Assembly (NCBI GenBank): GCA_963785725.1
Contig: CAWAWS010000002.1
Location: 96,001 to 160,000, forward strand
DNA: 64,000 nucleotides
Direction: 5' to 3'
Source of the DNA: an uncultured delta proteobacterium
GTDB taxonomy: Bacteria > Myxococcota_A > Polyangia > Palsa-1104
Under the pieces are notes generated by a model. It saw only the letters and a program-made list of their open reading frames with translations, did no database searches and was not told the origin of the DNA. This document shows, piece after piece, positions 49,682 to 60,908 of this stretch. The translations under genes and the position numbers were made by a program. Position 1 is the first letter of the stretch, and the number at the start of each line of letters is the position of its first letter.

Positions 49682-51445
49682 TCAGTGGCGAGCGAGCAAG
49701 CCGTCGATCACCTGCTGAGCGATGGGGTGATAGCTGTCGCGATGACGGGCCAACAGCGTGACCGCCAACGGCCGCGTCGCCGCCGTCGCCGCCAACGCGC
49801 CGTACAGCGGCCGCAGATACTTCATGCGGCCGACGCGACCGAGCAGCTCGCCGACGCGCGGCAAGACGCTCGTCACCCCCGACGCCAGCGCCACCAGCAG
49901 CCACGCCACGAGGACCTCGTCGTTACGGCTCGCCGTCAGCGCGTACAGCCGATCGAGCTCGTCGAGCAGCGCCGTCGGCGTCGGTCGCGGCAGCGCCTCC
50001 AAGTAGAGCGTCCACTCGGTCGGGCCCCACGTCGCGACCAGCTCCGCCGGCGGCAACGTCGCGCCCAGGGCCTCGATCGTCGCCAGCGTGCGCGAATGCG
50101 GCCGCGGCGCCGACGGCGGCAGCCCGACGCCCTCGAGCCACGCCGCGCCGTCGACGCTCGCGAGCGCGCCCGGCAGCTCGCGCTCGCACAGCCGGCGAAA
50201 GTCGGCATCGTCGACGGCGCCGAAGCGCAGCTCGGTCACCCACGCGCGTAAGAAGCGGTCGAACGCCGGCCGTCCCACCGCCTCCTCGAGCGCGCGCAAG
50301 AACAGGTAGCCCTTCTCGTAGGGAATCTGCGAGAAGCTCTCGTCGGGATCGATGCCGGCAAGCTGCGTGCGCAGCTTGCGTCAGCTCGGGCCGGTCGCGG
50401 AACCGATCGAGCGCGTTCTTCGAGCGTCGCGCCGGCCGAGCGCCGCCTGCAGCGCGCACGCGTCCGCGCCCCACAGCGCCTCGACGATGCGCCGCTCGGC
50501 GAAGACGGTGAAGCCCTCGTTGAGCCAGAAGTGCTCGGCCTAGGCGTTCGTCACGAGGTTGCCGGTCCACGAGTGCGCCAGCTCGTGCGCGACGACGCTG
50601 ACGAGCGAGCGATCGCCCGCGAGCAGCGTCGGCGTCAGGAACGTCAGCCGCGGATTCTCCATGCCGCCGTAAGGAAACGAAGGCGGCATCGTCAGGATGT
50701 CGAAGCGCTCCCAGTCGTAAGGGCCGAACAGCGACTCGGCCGTCGTCAGCATGGCGTCGACGCCGGCGAACTCCCACGCCGCGGCGTCGAGCGTGGCCGG
50801 CTCGGCCCACACGCGCGAGCGCGGCCCGACCTCGCGCGACGCGAGCTCCCCGACGGCAAACGCGAGCAGATACGGCGGAATCGGCTGCGGCATCGTCCAG
50901 CGCTCGACCGCGCGCCCGGTCGCGGCCTGCGCGTCGCGGCCGTCGTGACGCGCCGCCATGAGCGCGCGCAGCGGCGCGGGCACGTCGAGCGTCGCCGTGT
51001 ACGTGATGCGCGAGCGCGGCGTGTCGTGCACCGGCACGATCGAGCGCGCGTGGATCGCCTGGCACTGCGAGAACAGAAACGGCTGCGCGCCGCCCGCCGT
51101 CTGCGCCGGCGTCAGCCACTGCAGCGCCGACGCCGACGGCGCCGTGCGATAGCGAATCGTCACCGAATCCGCGCCCTTCGGCAGCTGCACGCGCAAACGC
51201 GAGCCCACGATCGGCTCCGCCTCGGCCAGCGTCCACGGAAGCGGCTGACCGCCCGACTCCACCGCGTCGATCCTCAGCTCGCGCGTGTCGAGATCGAGCG
51301 GGCCCGCTTGGACCGTCGGCGCGCCGAGCTGCAGCGTCGCCGTGCAGTCGAGCGTGCGCGTGGCGAAGTCGACGCGTGCAGCCCAGTCGAGCGCCGTCAC
51401 CTGCGGCTGCGTGTCGTCGGCGTACGAATGCGGGTCGCGCCTCAT
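49682..51445 (-). CDS. M1 family Zn aminopeptidase (leukotriene A4 hydrolase-like); in-frame TAG at 50540 and three +1 insertions at ~50378-50428
   Basis: RDPHSY, FSQCQAIHARS, PYGGMENP, HELAHSW.GN.VTNA, WLNEGF, PYEKG, VGRMKYLRPLY. Confidence 0.88.
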
Positions 51446-51590
51446 GCGCTCACTTTCGCATCGCCGCCGCCGCGACGCCAATGTCCCGGACGCGCCGCGG
51501 CCCACGCGATCGAAAGATCACGAAGGCAGCGGCGCTTGTTGTCCTATTCGGTGCTACGAAGCGCTACGAAAACGCGGAAAAACGCGAAGC

Positions 51591-52220
51591 TCAGTCGGCC
51601 GCGCCGACGAGGCCGAGATCGAGCTTCTTGGCGTTGGCGAAGCGCGCCGCGACATCGTCCCAGTTGAAGACGTTCCAGATCGCGTCGAAGAACTTCGCCT
51701 TCTCATTCACGTACTGCAGATAGAACGCGTGCTCCCAGGCGTCGATGACGAGCAGCGGCACCGAGCCCTGCGCCGTCTCCGACTGGTGGTCGTGGATCTG
51801 CGTCGTGATGAGCCGCTTCGAGATCGGATCCCAGGCCAGCGCCGCCCAGCCCGAGCCCATGATCGTCATCGCCGACTGCGTCAGCTGCGCCTTGAACCCG
51901 TCGAACGAGTTGAAGTGCTGATCGATCGCCGTGCCCAGCTCGCCCGCCGGCTTGCCGCCCTTTTGCGGCGCCAGGTTCTGCCAGAACAAGGAGTGCAGCA
52001 CGTGCCCCGACAGATGGAAACCGAGCTGCTTCTCGAGCAGCGCGATCTTGGCGAAGTCGTTCTTGGACCGCGCCTCTTCCAGCCCCTCGAGCGCCTTGTT
52101 GGCGCCCGTGACGTAGGCGGCATGGTGCTTGTCGTGGTGGAGCTGCATGATCTTGGCGCTGATATGCGGCTCCAGCGCGCCGTAGTCGTACTTCAGCTCG
52201 GGGAGAGTGTATTTGGACAT
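51591..52220 (-). CDS. sod: Fe/Mn superoxide dismutase
   Basis: [32 protein letters not shown]. Confidence 0.96.
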   Translation of the reverse strand: MSKYTLPELKYDYGALEPHISAKIMQLHHDKHHAAYVTGANKALEGLEEARSKNDFAKIALLEKQLGFHLSGHVLHSLFWQNLAPQKGGKPAGELGTAIDQHFNSFDGFKAQLTQSAMTIMGSGWAALAWDPISKRLITTQIHDHQSETAQGSVPLLVIDAWEHAFYLQYVNEKAKFFDAIWNVFNWDDVAARFANAKKLDLGLVGAAD

Positions 52221-52276
52221 GGCCGCCATCATAAACTCCTCGGCGGCGCTGGCAAGGCCTCACGGCGTCCGAGGGC

Positions 52277-53299
52277 TTACTTGCAGTAGCCGATCTCGGT
52301 CGTGGTCCCGACGGTGCCGGCGTAGAGCTTGGTCGGCTGCGAGTGGCAGGTCTGCGTGCCCGTGCATTCGGTCCCGCCCGAGACGTGGCACTGCTTGTAG
52401 CAAGTGGCCGAGAACGTGCCGGCGATGCAGGCGTAGCCGGCAGCGCACAACGTCGGATCGCCGATGTCGGCGCCGGTGCCGGTGCAGTCGACCTTCTGCG
52501 TGCCCGAGGCCGTGACCGGCGCCATGCAGTAGCTCGAGCCGTCGGTGTTGCCGAAGCAGTTCACGCCCGCGCCACACGCGGTGTAGCCGCTGGCGCTCGA
52601 CTGCGGGTTCGTCGGATCGCAGTACGACAAGCAGATCGAGAAGCCGGGGATGGGCGTGGCGACGCCGGTCGAGCTGTTGACCGAGTCGACGGCGACGCAG
52701 TCGCGATGCGCGCCGCCGCAGTCGGCGTCGACGCTGCAGAACGGCGAGCACACGCCGTCGACGCACGACGAGCCGGCGACGCAGACGCCGTCGCCGTTGG
52801 CGCCGGTCTGATTCGGATCGCAGCTGCCCCACAAGCCGACGGTGCCGACGGCCTCGCATTGGGCGGCGCCGGTCTTGGTGTTCTCGACGTTGCAGTTCTG
52901 ATTCGCCGCGCAGCCGCACTGCGGGAAGACGTTGCACGTGCTGCCCGAGATCGTCGGCGTGCACACCGCCTTGGCCATATCCGGCGGAATCGGCTGCGTC
53001 ATGTCGATCGGCTTGGCCAGGTCCGGCGGCACGATCGGATTGGCCATATCCGGCGGCGGAGGCGGCGGCGTCGTCACCGACAGATCGGCGCCCGGCTCGG
53101 GCGGCTTCGCCAGATCTTGCGGCGACGCGCTCAAATCATCGCCCGGCTGCGGATCGGGCGGCGGCAACAAGTCAGGCCCGCCGACGCCGCCGGTGCCGAA
53201 CGACAGGTCGGGACCTTTGTCGATTCCGATGCCGCCCGGCGGTGCAGCGGCGGCGCAGCCGAGGGTGGCGAGCAATGCACACAACGCGGCAATTTTCAC
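52277..53299 (-). CDS. Cys-rich lipoprotein with Pro/Asp repeat tether
   Basis: GTG start after GGAGA; lipobox TLG-C; PD[LM][AS] repeats; more than 20 Cys in the C-terminal half. Confidence 0.8.
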   Translation of the reverse strand: MKIAALCALLATLGCAAAAPPGGIGIDKGPDLSFGTGGVGGPDLLPPPDPQPGDDLSASPQDLAKPPEPGADLSVTTPPPPPPDMANPIVPPDLAKPIDMTQPIPPDMAKAVCTPTISGSTCNVFPQCGCAANQNCNVENTKTGAAQCEAVGTVGLWGSCDPNQTGANGDGVCVAGSSCVDGVCSPFCSVDADCGGAHRDCVAVDSVNSSTGVATPIPGFSICLSYCDPTNPQSSASGYTACGAGVNCFGNTDGSSYCMAPVTASGTQKVDCTGTGADIGDPTLCAAGYACIAGTFSATCYKQCHVSGGTECTGTQTCHSQPTKLYAGTVGTTTEIGYCK

Positions 53300-53497
53300 G
53301 AAGTCTCTCCCACAACTGCCCACATCTTGCGCGAGCGTAGCAGAAGCGACACGCCGATGTCGCCTCGCGGCAGAGCGCGACCCTGCTCGTAAATATGCGA
53401 ATTACCTAGAAACAGAGAAGAAATATGGTGTGCCGACGAACGAAAAGGACGAAACGAAGGGCGGGCGACGAACGATTGCGCTACGTCACAGCGGCGT

Positions 53498-54025
53498 TCA
53501 GAGCCGTTCGATCAGCGAATCGCCGAGGCCCGACTGATCGATCTTGCCGAGCCAGATGCGCCAGGTCGCCTTCATGAAGTCGTCGCCGGGGACGCTGACC
53601 GTGCCGCCGGGGCCGGTGATCGTCGTCGCTTTCTTGCCGGCGTCGTAGCGAATCGTGACCTCGTCGCCCTCTTTGCAGTCGCGGCTGAGCGCGTTGACGA
53701 AGCTGTCGATCTTGCCGGCGTCGCCGTAACCGTTGGCGGCGTAGGCCTCGCGCAGCGCCTCTTGCATCTTGGACGCGCCGACGTTGCGCAGCATCTTCCA
53801 GGTGAAGCGCTTGTCGATGTCGGCGTCGATGACCGCCTGCTTCGACTTCTGCGGCGGCAGCTCCTTCATGTAGTGCCCGATCTCGTAGACCTTGATCTTC
53901 ACGAAGGCGATCTTCTTGACGCGAATCCCTTCACCGGTGTGAAAGAAGCCGTCGGAGTCACGCTCGAGTCCGAGCGCGGGCGACGACAACAGCGCGACGG
54001 CGGCGAGAGCCAACAAAGTACGCAT
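53498..54025 (-). CDS. Secreted chalcone isomerase-like protein
   Basis: Signal peptide; GEGIRVKK..F..VY.IG.Y; F..A..RIWLG; SD GGAGG. Confidence 0.82.
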   Translation of the reverse strand: MRTLLALAAVALLSSPALGLERDSDGFFHTGEGIRVKKIAFVKIKVYEIGHYMKELPPQKSKQAVIDADIDKRFTWKMLRNVGASKMQEALREAYAANGYGDAGKIDSFVNALSRDCKEGDEVTIRYDAGKKATTITGPGGTVSVPGDDFMKATWRIWLGKIDQSGLGDSLIERL

Positions 54026-54110
54026 GCAGAACCTCCGCGGCGGAGCCTACAAGCCGAAGCGCGGCCAGACAACCCGCTATCGTCGGTGTTCCGGCCCTTA
54101 CAAATGTTAC

Positions 54111-54152
54111 ATCGGCAACTATTGCACACCGCTTATGTGCACTTTTGCCGAT
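54111..54152. promoter_or_regulatory. Imperfect inverted repeat in the divergent promoter region
   Basis: ATCGGCAA-ctat-TGCACA-ccgctta-TGTGCA-ctt-TTGCCGAT. Confidence 0.5.
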
Positions 54153-54372
54153 CGGGTGCGCACGAGTCGGTCCCTATGTGCACGTGGAAACTGACCTCCA
54201 CGCAGCGCTTGCCGAGTCGAGAGGACAATATTTGCCCATTTGTGGAAAACCCGGTGTGTCGAAATGTGACATGGAACTTGTTTTCCTCTGCGCACGCGCG
54301 ACCGGCCCGTCGAGACGCTTGTCCGCCGCGGAGTTCGGCGAATGCGCGACTTTTGGCGGTCGCTCGACGAGC

Positions 54373-54388
54373 AGGCATGGCAGCTGCA
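54373..54388 (+). promoter_or_regulatory. Putative sigma54 promoter for the RpoH-like sigma gene
   Basis: AGGCATGGCAGCTGCA = GG-N10-GC about 28 nt before ATG; TGT-N11-ACA palindrome at 54255-54271. Confidence 0.55.
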
Positions 54389-54416
54389 CAAGGGGGCCAG
54401 CCAGAAGGAGAACGCC

Positions 54417-55274
54417 ATGGCCCTCTCTACGACGCCCTCCACCGCTACGCTGAGCCAGCCCGCCGAACAGGAGCTTTCGCGCCTGTGGATGCAGGAGAAC
54501 GACATCGACGCGCTCGGCCAGCTCATTCATGCGCACCTCGGTCTCGTCATCAAGATCGCGACCGAGTTCCGCAACTCCGGTCCCTCGATGGAGGACCTCA
54601 TTCAAGAGGGTCACGTGGGCTTGACGATCGCGGCCCGCCGCTTCGATCCGTCGAAGGCCACGCGCCTGGCGACCTATGCCACCTACTGGATTCGCGCCTG
54701 CATGATGGAGTTCGTCGTGCGCTCGCATGGCCCCGTGCGTATCGGCACGACGCGCTCGCAGCGCAAGATCTTCTTCGGCCTCGGCCGCGCGCGGCGCCGG
54801 CTCGAGCGCGAAGGGCGCAACGTCTCGGCGGACCAGCTGGCGTCGATCCTGGGCGTGCCCACGGACGACGTGGAGTCGATGGCGACGCGCTTGTCGGGCC
54901 ATGACGTGTCGCTCGACGCGCCGCGCAGCCAAGACGACGAGCGCAAGCCGGGCACGATGCTGGCCAGCGAAGGCCCGACGCAAGAAGACCTGTTCGCCGA
55001 CGGGCAGGAAGAGAGCTCGCGCAAGTCGCTGCTGCACGAGGCCTTGAAGCAGCTCGATCCGCGCGAACGTGCCATCTTGAAGGCGCGCCACATGAGCTCG
55101 CGCCCGATGACCTTGGGGACGCTGGGCAAGAAGTTCGGCATCAGCCGCGAGCGCGTCCGCCAGCTCGAGCTGCGCGCGGTGGCCAAGCTGCGCGCATACT
55201 GCAACGGTGAGGGCGGCCTCGGCGACTCGCGCCGCGACTTCTTCAGCGCCAACGACTCGGCGTTGGCCGCTTGA
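54417..55274 (+). CDS. RpoH (sigma32)-family sigma factor, myxobacterial SigB/C/E-like
   Basis: DLIQEG, RFDP..TRLATYA.YWIRA, RpoH box QRKIFFGL, GISRERVRQLE; SD AAGGAG. Confidence 0.9.
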   Translation: MALSTTPSTATLSQPAEQELSRLWMQENDIDALGQLIHAHLGLVIKIATEFRNSGPSMEDLIQEGHVGLTIAARRFDPSKATRLATYATYWIRACMMEFVVRSHGPVRIGTTRSQRKIFFGLGRARRRLEREGRNVSADQLASILGVPTDDVESMATRLSGHDVSLDAPRSQDDERKPGTMLASEGPTQEDLFADGQEESSRKSLLHEALKQLDPRERAILKARHMSSRPMTLGTLGKKFGISRERVRQLELRAVAKLRAYCNGEGGLGDSRRDFFSANDSALAA

Positions 55275-55288
55275 GCCTGGAGGCACTC

Positions 55289-57022
55289 GTGAGTGACGCC
55301 CTTTCGATCCTGATCGTCGACGATGATCCGAGCAACCTCGAGTACCTGAGCGCGCTCGTCGAAGCGCTCGGTTACGACGCGGAGACGGCTGGCAGCGGCC
55401 AGGCCGCGCTCGCCCGTTTGGCGCAGCCGCCGCGGCCCGATCTCGTCGTCATCGACGTGATCATGCCCGAGCTCGACGGCGTGGAGACGCTGCGTCGCTA
55501 TCGCGCCGGCGGCGGCAAGGCGCCGGTTATCATGTGCTCGGCGCTCGACGAGGCCGACACCGTCGTGCGCGCCATGCGCGCGGGCGCCACCGACTACGTC
55601 ACGAAGCCCTTCAACCCCGACGAGCTGCGCGAAATTCTCGAGCGCGCCGCCGGTTCCAGCGGCAAAGCCGCCGCGCTGCCGACGCCGAAGCAGGGCGATC
55701 GTCCGTCGCTCGGGCTGTCGCCGTCGATGCGCGCCATCGACGAGCTCATCGAGCGCATCGCCGACGCCGACGTGCCCGTGCTCTTGACCGGCGAATCGGG
55801 CGTCGGCAAAGACGTCGTCGCCCGCGAGATCCACGCGCGCTCGGCCCGCGCCGGGCGCGTGTTCGTCAAGATCAACTGCGCCGCCCTCCCCGCCGAGCTG
55901 CTCGAGTCGGAATTGTTCGGCCACGAGCGTGGCTCGTTCACCGGCGCCGCCAAGACCAAGCCGGGCCAGTTCGAGCTCGCCGACGGCGGCACGCTCTTCC
56001 TCGACGAGATCGGCGAGATGCCGGTGTCGATGCAGGCCAAGCTCCTGCAGGCCTTGCAAGACGGCGAGTTCTATCGCGTCGGCGGGCAGAAGAAGATCAA
56101 AGTCGACACCCGCGTCATCGTCGCGACCAACGTCGATCTCGGCAAGGCCATGGCGCGCGGCACCTTCCGCGAGGATCTGTACTACCGCTTGAACGTCGTC
56201 GAAGTGGCGATTCCGCCGCTGCGCGAGCGTCGCGACGACATCCCGCGACTGCTCGAGCACTTCCTCGACAAGTACGGCAAGCGCTATCAGCGGCCGATGG
56301 ACGCGGTGCCGCCCGAGGTCTTCCAGCGCCTCATCGCCTACGATTATCCGGGCAACATTCGCGAGCTCGAGAACTTGGTGCGCCGGCTCATCGTGCTGCG
56401 CGATCCGCGCTACATCTTGGGCGAGCTGCAGACGCGGCCGGCCAATGCGCCCGCGCCGAGCGCCATCGACGCGGCGGCGTCGCCGTCGAGCGGGCAGCTC
56501 CTGCCATTCCCGAACGACGGCGCGGCCTATCAGAACCCGTCGTTCACGCGGCCGAGCCCGCCGCAGCAGCCGCCGAGCGGCCCGACCCAGCCGATGACGT
56601 ACGGCTACGCGCCCGGGCCGGCGCCGGGAACGCAGCCCGGCCTCATGACGGTCAGCGTGCCCTACGAGACGCCGACGGCACCGCCGGGCCAGATCGACGA
56701 CGAATACCGCATCGACCTGAAGGAGCTCGGACGCAAAGCGGCCAACGCCGCCGAGCGCGAAGCCATCGTCATCATGCTGCGCCACACCGGCGGCAACAAG
56801 CGCGAGGCGGCCGAGCGCCTGGGCATCAGCTACAAGGCGATTCTGTACAAGATCCGCGAGTTCGGCATCGGGCGCCCGCGCAATCGGCGCCCTAATCCCG
56901 CGCCGGTGCCGGTCGCCGCCAGCGCGGTCAGCACCGACGAGACCCCCGACGACGACGAGCTCGACGACGGCCCCGGGACGATCGCTGGCACGACGGATGC
57001 TGCTCTAGGTTCCATTGGATAA
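55289..57022 (+). CDS. Sigma54-dependent response regulator (REC-AAA+-HTH) with long Pro/Gln-rich linker
   Basis: REC; GESGVGKD, ESELFGHERGSFTGA, LFLDEIG, REDLYYRL, PGNIRELEN; Fis HTH; SD GGAGG. Confidence 0.94.
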   Translation: MSDALSILIVDDDPSNLEYLSALVEALGYDAETAGSGQAALARLAQPPRPDLVVIDVIMPELDGVETLRRYRAGGGKAPVIMCSALDEADTVVRAMRAGATDYVTKPFNPDELREILERAAGSSGKAAALPTPKQGDRPSLGLSPSMRAIDELIERIADADVPVLLTGESGVGKDVVAREIHARSARAGRVFVKINCAALPAELLESELFGHERGSFTGAAKTKPGQFELADGGTLFLDEIGEMPVSMQAKLLQALQDGEFYRVGGQKKIKVDTRVIVATNVDLGKAMARGTFREDLYYRLNVVEVAIPPLRERRDDIPRLLEHFLDKYGKRYQRPMDAVPPEVFQRLIAYDYPGNIRELENLVRRLIVLRDPRYILGELQTRPANAPAPSAIDAAASPSSGQLLPFPNDGAAYQNPSFTRPSPPQQPPSGPTQPMTYGYAPGPAPGTQPGLMTVSVPYETPTAPPGQIDDEYRIDLKELGRKAANAAEREAIVIMLRHTGGNKREAAERLGISYKAILYKIREFGIGRPRNRRPNPAPVPVAASAVSTDETPDDDELDDGPGTIAGTTDAALGSIG

Positions 57023-57039
57023 TCTTTGGAGCGAGCGAC

Positions 57040-57291
57040 ATGGCCAAGGCTACGAAGCAGCGCATCCGTCACCGTGAACCGATGAAACTGATGGCCGCGG
57101 CATACACCGACGCGGTCCGCGACATCCTCGCCAGCGACGGTCACTTCCACCTCGCCGGCCACGGTCGGCACGACGGTGGCTGGGCGTTCGACGGCGCGCG
57201 CTGGACGCGCGTGCATCACCTCGACGACGGCCCGAGCCCCCACGCGCCCGTCGCACGCGAGTCGTTCGACGACGTGGCGGCCGCCGGCTGA
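57040..57291 (+). CDS. Small His-rich hypothetical protein
   Basis: SD GGAG; 83 aa; codon bias. Confidence 0.55.
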   Translation: MAKATKQRIRHREPMKLMAAAYTDAVRDILASDGHFHLAGHGRHDGGWAFDGARWTRVHHLDDGPSPHAPVARESFDDVAAAG

Positions 57292-57311
57292 CTTGGGCTA
57301 AGCTGCGACCA

Positions 57312-57563
57312 ATGGCCGACGAAGACGAGTACAAGCTGCCCAAGCCGGCGCCGAAAGAGATCGACGAAAAGCTCCATCTGCAGCTGCGTCATCTCGCCGA
57401 AGACGCCGTCTTGCGCGGCGCGCCCAACGGCGACGAGCGCTGCGACAACTGCCTCTACTACATCGAGCCCGACGAGAAGCTGGCCTATTGCTGGCATCCG
57501 AAGCTGCGCATCCTCGTCGGTGCGGCGTGGTGGTGCCAGTGGTGGGAGAAGATCGAAGACTAA
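57312..57563 (+). CDS. HiPIP-like 4Fe-4S protein lacking a signal peptide
   Basis: ERCDNCLYY-x9-YC...VGAAWWCQWW, matching HiPIP Cys and aromatic spacing. Confidence 0.68.
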   Translation: MADEDEYKLPKPAPKEIDEKLHLQLRHLAEDAVLRGAPNGDERCDNCLYYIEPDEKLAYCWHPKLRILVGAAWWCQWWEKIED

Positions 57564-57687
57564 ACCGTGTCTCTTGGCTGGTGATCCATCGCGAGATCCA
57601 GCGTCCTGCGCCGGCTCCTCGCCCATGCGATACTGCTTAGTTCGCGGCGCGAACCAATGCCGTTCGTAGCGCGAACTAATTGGGGCG

Positions 57688-59295
<1,608 letters not shown>

Positions 59296-59328
59296 CCACA
59301 CGCACACTACCACAACTGGGTAGAGGTT

Positions 59329-60117
59329 TCACGCGACGGGTAACTCCGCGCAAATTTGGGTGCCGCGCTTGTCTTTTTCCGGCGGCGGCCCGTAGCGGAA
59401 GGTGCCGCCGATGGCGCGGATGCGCTCCTGCATGCCGACCAAGCCGAAGTGGCCGTCGCGCGTCGCTTCCGGCGCCGAGGGATCGTAGCGAATGCCGCGT
59501 CCGTCGTCGGTGACGGTGACGACGAGCTGGTTCTGCCCGCGCGTCAGCGACACGTGCGCCGCCGTCGCGTTGGCGTGGCGAACGACGTTGTTGAGCGCCT
59601 CTTGCACCAGCCGATAGCAGGCGATCACCGAGTCGGCGGGCAGCGAATCGACGTCGCCTTCGACGCGGCAGTCGATGGCGATGTGCGCGTGCTTGGCCAT
59701 GCGGGCGCCGAGCGCGCGAACCGCCTCGGCGAGGCCCAGCTCGTCGAGAATCGCCGGCCGAAGCTCGTGCGAGACGCGGCGCATCTCGGTCTGGCACTGC
59801 GCCGCCAGCGCGCGCACGTCCTCGACGCGCGCTTTCATCTCGCCCGGCGCCGCTTCGTGCAGCATCTGCAGCTCGATGTTCACCGCCGTCATGATCTGCC
59901 CGACGCCGTCGTGGAGCTCGCGCGAGATCCGGCTGCGCTGATCCTCCTCGGCGCGAATCAGCTCGACGGCAAAGGCGTGCAGCTTGGAGTTCCGCTCGGC
60001 GAGCTTCTCTTCCAAACGGCGGTTACGGCGGGACAGACGCAATGTGAGGTAGATCACACTTGCGTTCCCACACAGGAGCATCAGGGCCACGGCGGCGGCT
60101 GCATGTCCCCACGTCAC
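59329..60117 (-). CDS. Sensor histidine kinase (HisKA_3) with a single N-terminal TM
   Basis: RISRELHDGVGQ, LRP..LD.LGL, QEALNNVVRHA, DDGRG, GL.GM.ER. Confidence 0.92.
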   Translation of the reverse strand: MTWGHAAAAVALMLLCGNASVIYLTLRLSRRNRRLEEKLAERNSKLHAFAVELIRAEEDQRSRISRELHDGVGQIMTAVNIELQMLHEAAPGEMKARVEDVRALAAQCQTEMRRVSHELRPAILDELGLAEAVRALGARMAKHAHIAIDCRVEGDVDSLPADSVIACYRLVQEALNNVVRHANATAAHVSLTRGQNQLVVTVTDDGRGIRYDPSAPEATRDGHFGLVGMQERIRAIGGTFRYGPPPEKDKRGTQICAELPVA

Positions 60118-60154
60118 GCTGTAAGTGTAATCTTAAAGTGCTAAGGTAGGAAAC

Positions 60155-60775
60155 ATGCGAACGCGGGTTCTCTTAGTTGAAGATCACACGGTCGTGCGCC
60201 AAGGGTTGCGCGCGCTGCTCGGCGCCTCGGCCGATCTCGAGGTCATTGGCGAGGCTGCCGACGGTATCGAGGCCGTGCGGCTGACGACGGAGCTCAAGCC
60301 CGACGTCGTTGTGATGGATCTCTCGCTCCCCGAATTACACGGCACCGAAGCGATCAAACGCATCCGGGAACAATCCGACGCCAAAATCGTCGTGCTCTCG
60401 ATGCACTCGTCGCCGGCCGTCGTGCAGCGGGCGCGCGAAGCGGGATGTCACGGCTACGTCGTCAAGGGCGCCGATGTCAGCGAGCTGGCGCGTGCCATTC
60501 GCGGCGCGCTCACCGGTCAGCCCTATTATTCGTCGGAGGTGCTCGACGCCGCGTCGGCATCCAATCCGATCGATCGCTTGAGCGGTCGTGAGCGCGAGGT
60601 CTTGCAGCTCATCGCCGAGGGCAACACCAACAAGTCGATCGCGCAGCGGCTCGGCATCAGCGTGCACACGGTCAACGCGCACCGCGTGAGCTTGATGTCG
60701 AAGCTGGATCTACACGACGCCCAGGGCTTGACCCGCTTCGCCATTCGTCACGGGCTGGTAGACACCAACCGCTGA
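60155..60775 (+). CDS. NarL/LuxR family response regulator
   Basis: LVEDH, VVMDLSLP, LSGREREVLQLIAEG.TNK.IA. Confidence 0.95.
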   Translation: MRTRVLLVEDHTVVRQGLRALLGASADLEVIGEAADGIEAVRLTTELKPDVVVMDLSLPELHGTEAIKRIREQSDAKIVVLSMHSSPAVVQRAREAGCHGYVVKGADVSELARAIRGALTGQPYYSSEVLDAASASNPIDRLSGREREVLQLIAEGNTNKSIAQRLGISVHTVNAHRVSLMSKLDLHDAQGLTRFAIRHGLVDTNR

Positions 60776-60843
60776 TGTAGCAGGTTCGCGTCCAGAAAGT
60801 TTTCGTCACTACGCAAACTTTACTGCGCGTTTCCTGCTGAATC

Positions 60844-60893
60844 GGACGTAAGTCGCGTAACAACGTGACTTACGTCCCGGCAAGCCGCTTGCA
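60844..60893 (+). promoter_or_regulatory. 14-bp inverted repeat plus sigma54 promoter upstream of the minor pilin cluster
   Basis: GGACGTAAGTCGCG-TAACAA-CGTGACTTACGTCC (60844-60877), then CGGCAAGCCGCTTGCA (GG-N10-GC, 60878-60893). Confidence 0.65.
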
Positions 60894-60908
60894 CAGGCGA
60901 GCGGCACC

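Noticed and set aside
50540..50542. Amber read-through or pyrrolysine in the M1 peptidase
   Set aside because: TAG is one substitution from TCG, lies about 110 nt from three insertion errors, TAG is used as a normal stop throughout, and no pyl genes are seen.
54176..54191. parS-like CACGTGGAA site
   Set aside because: Only the core matches; the left arm does not fit TGTTNCACGTGAAACA, and it is a single copy.
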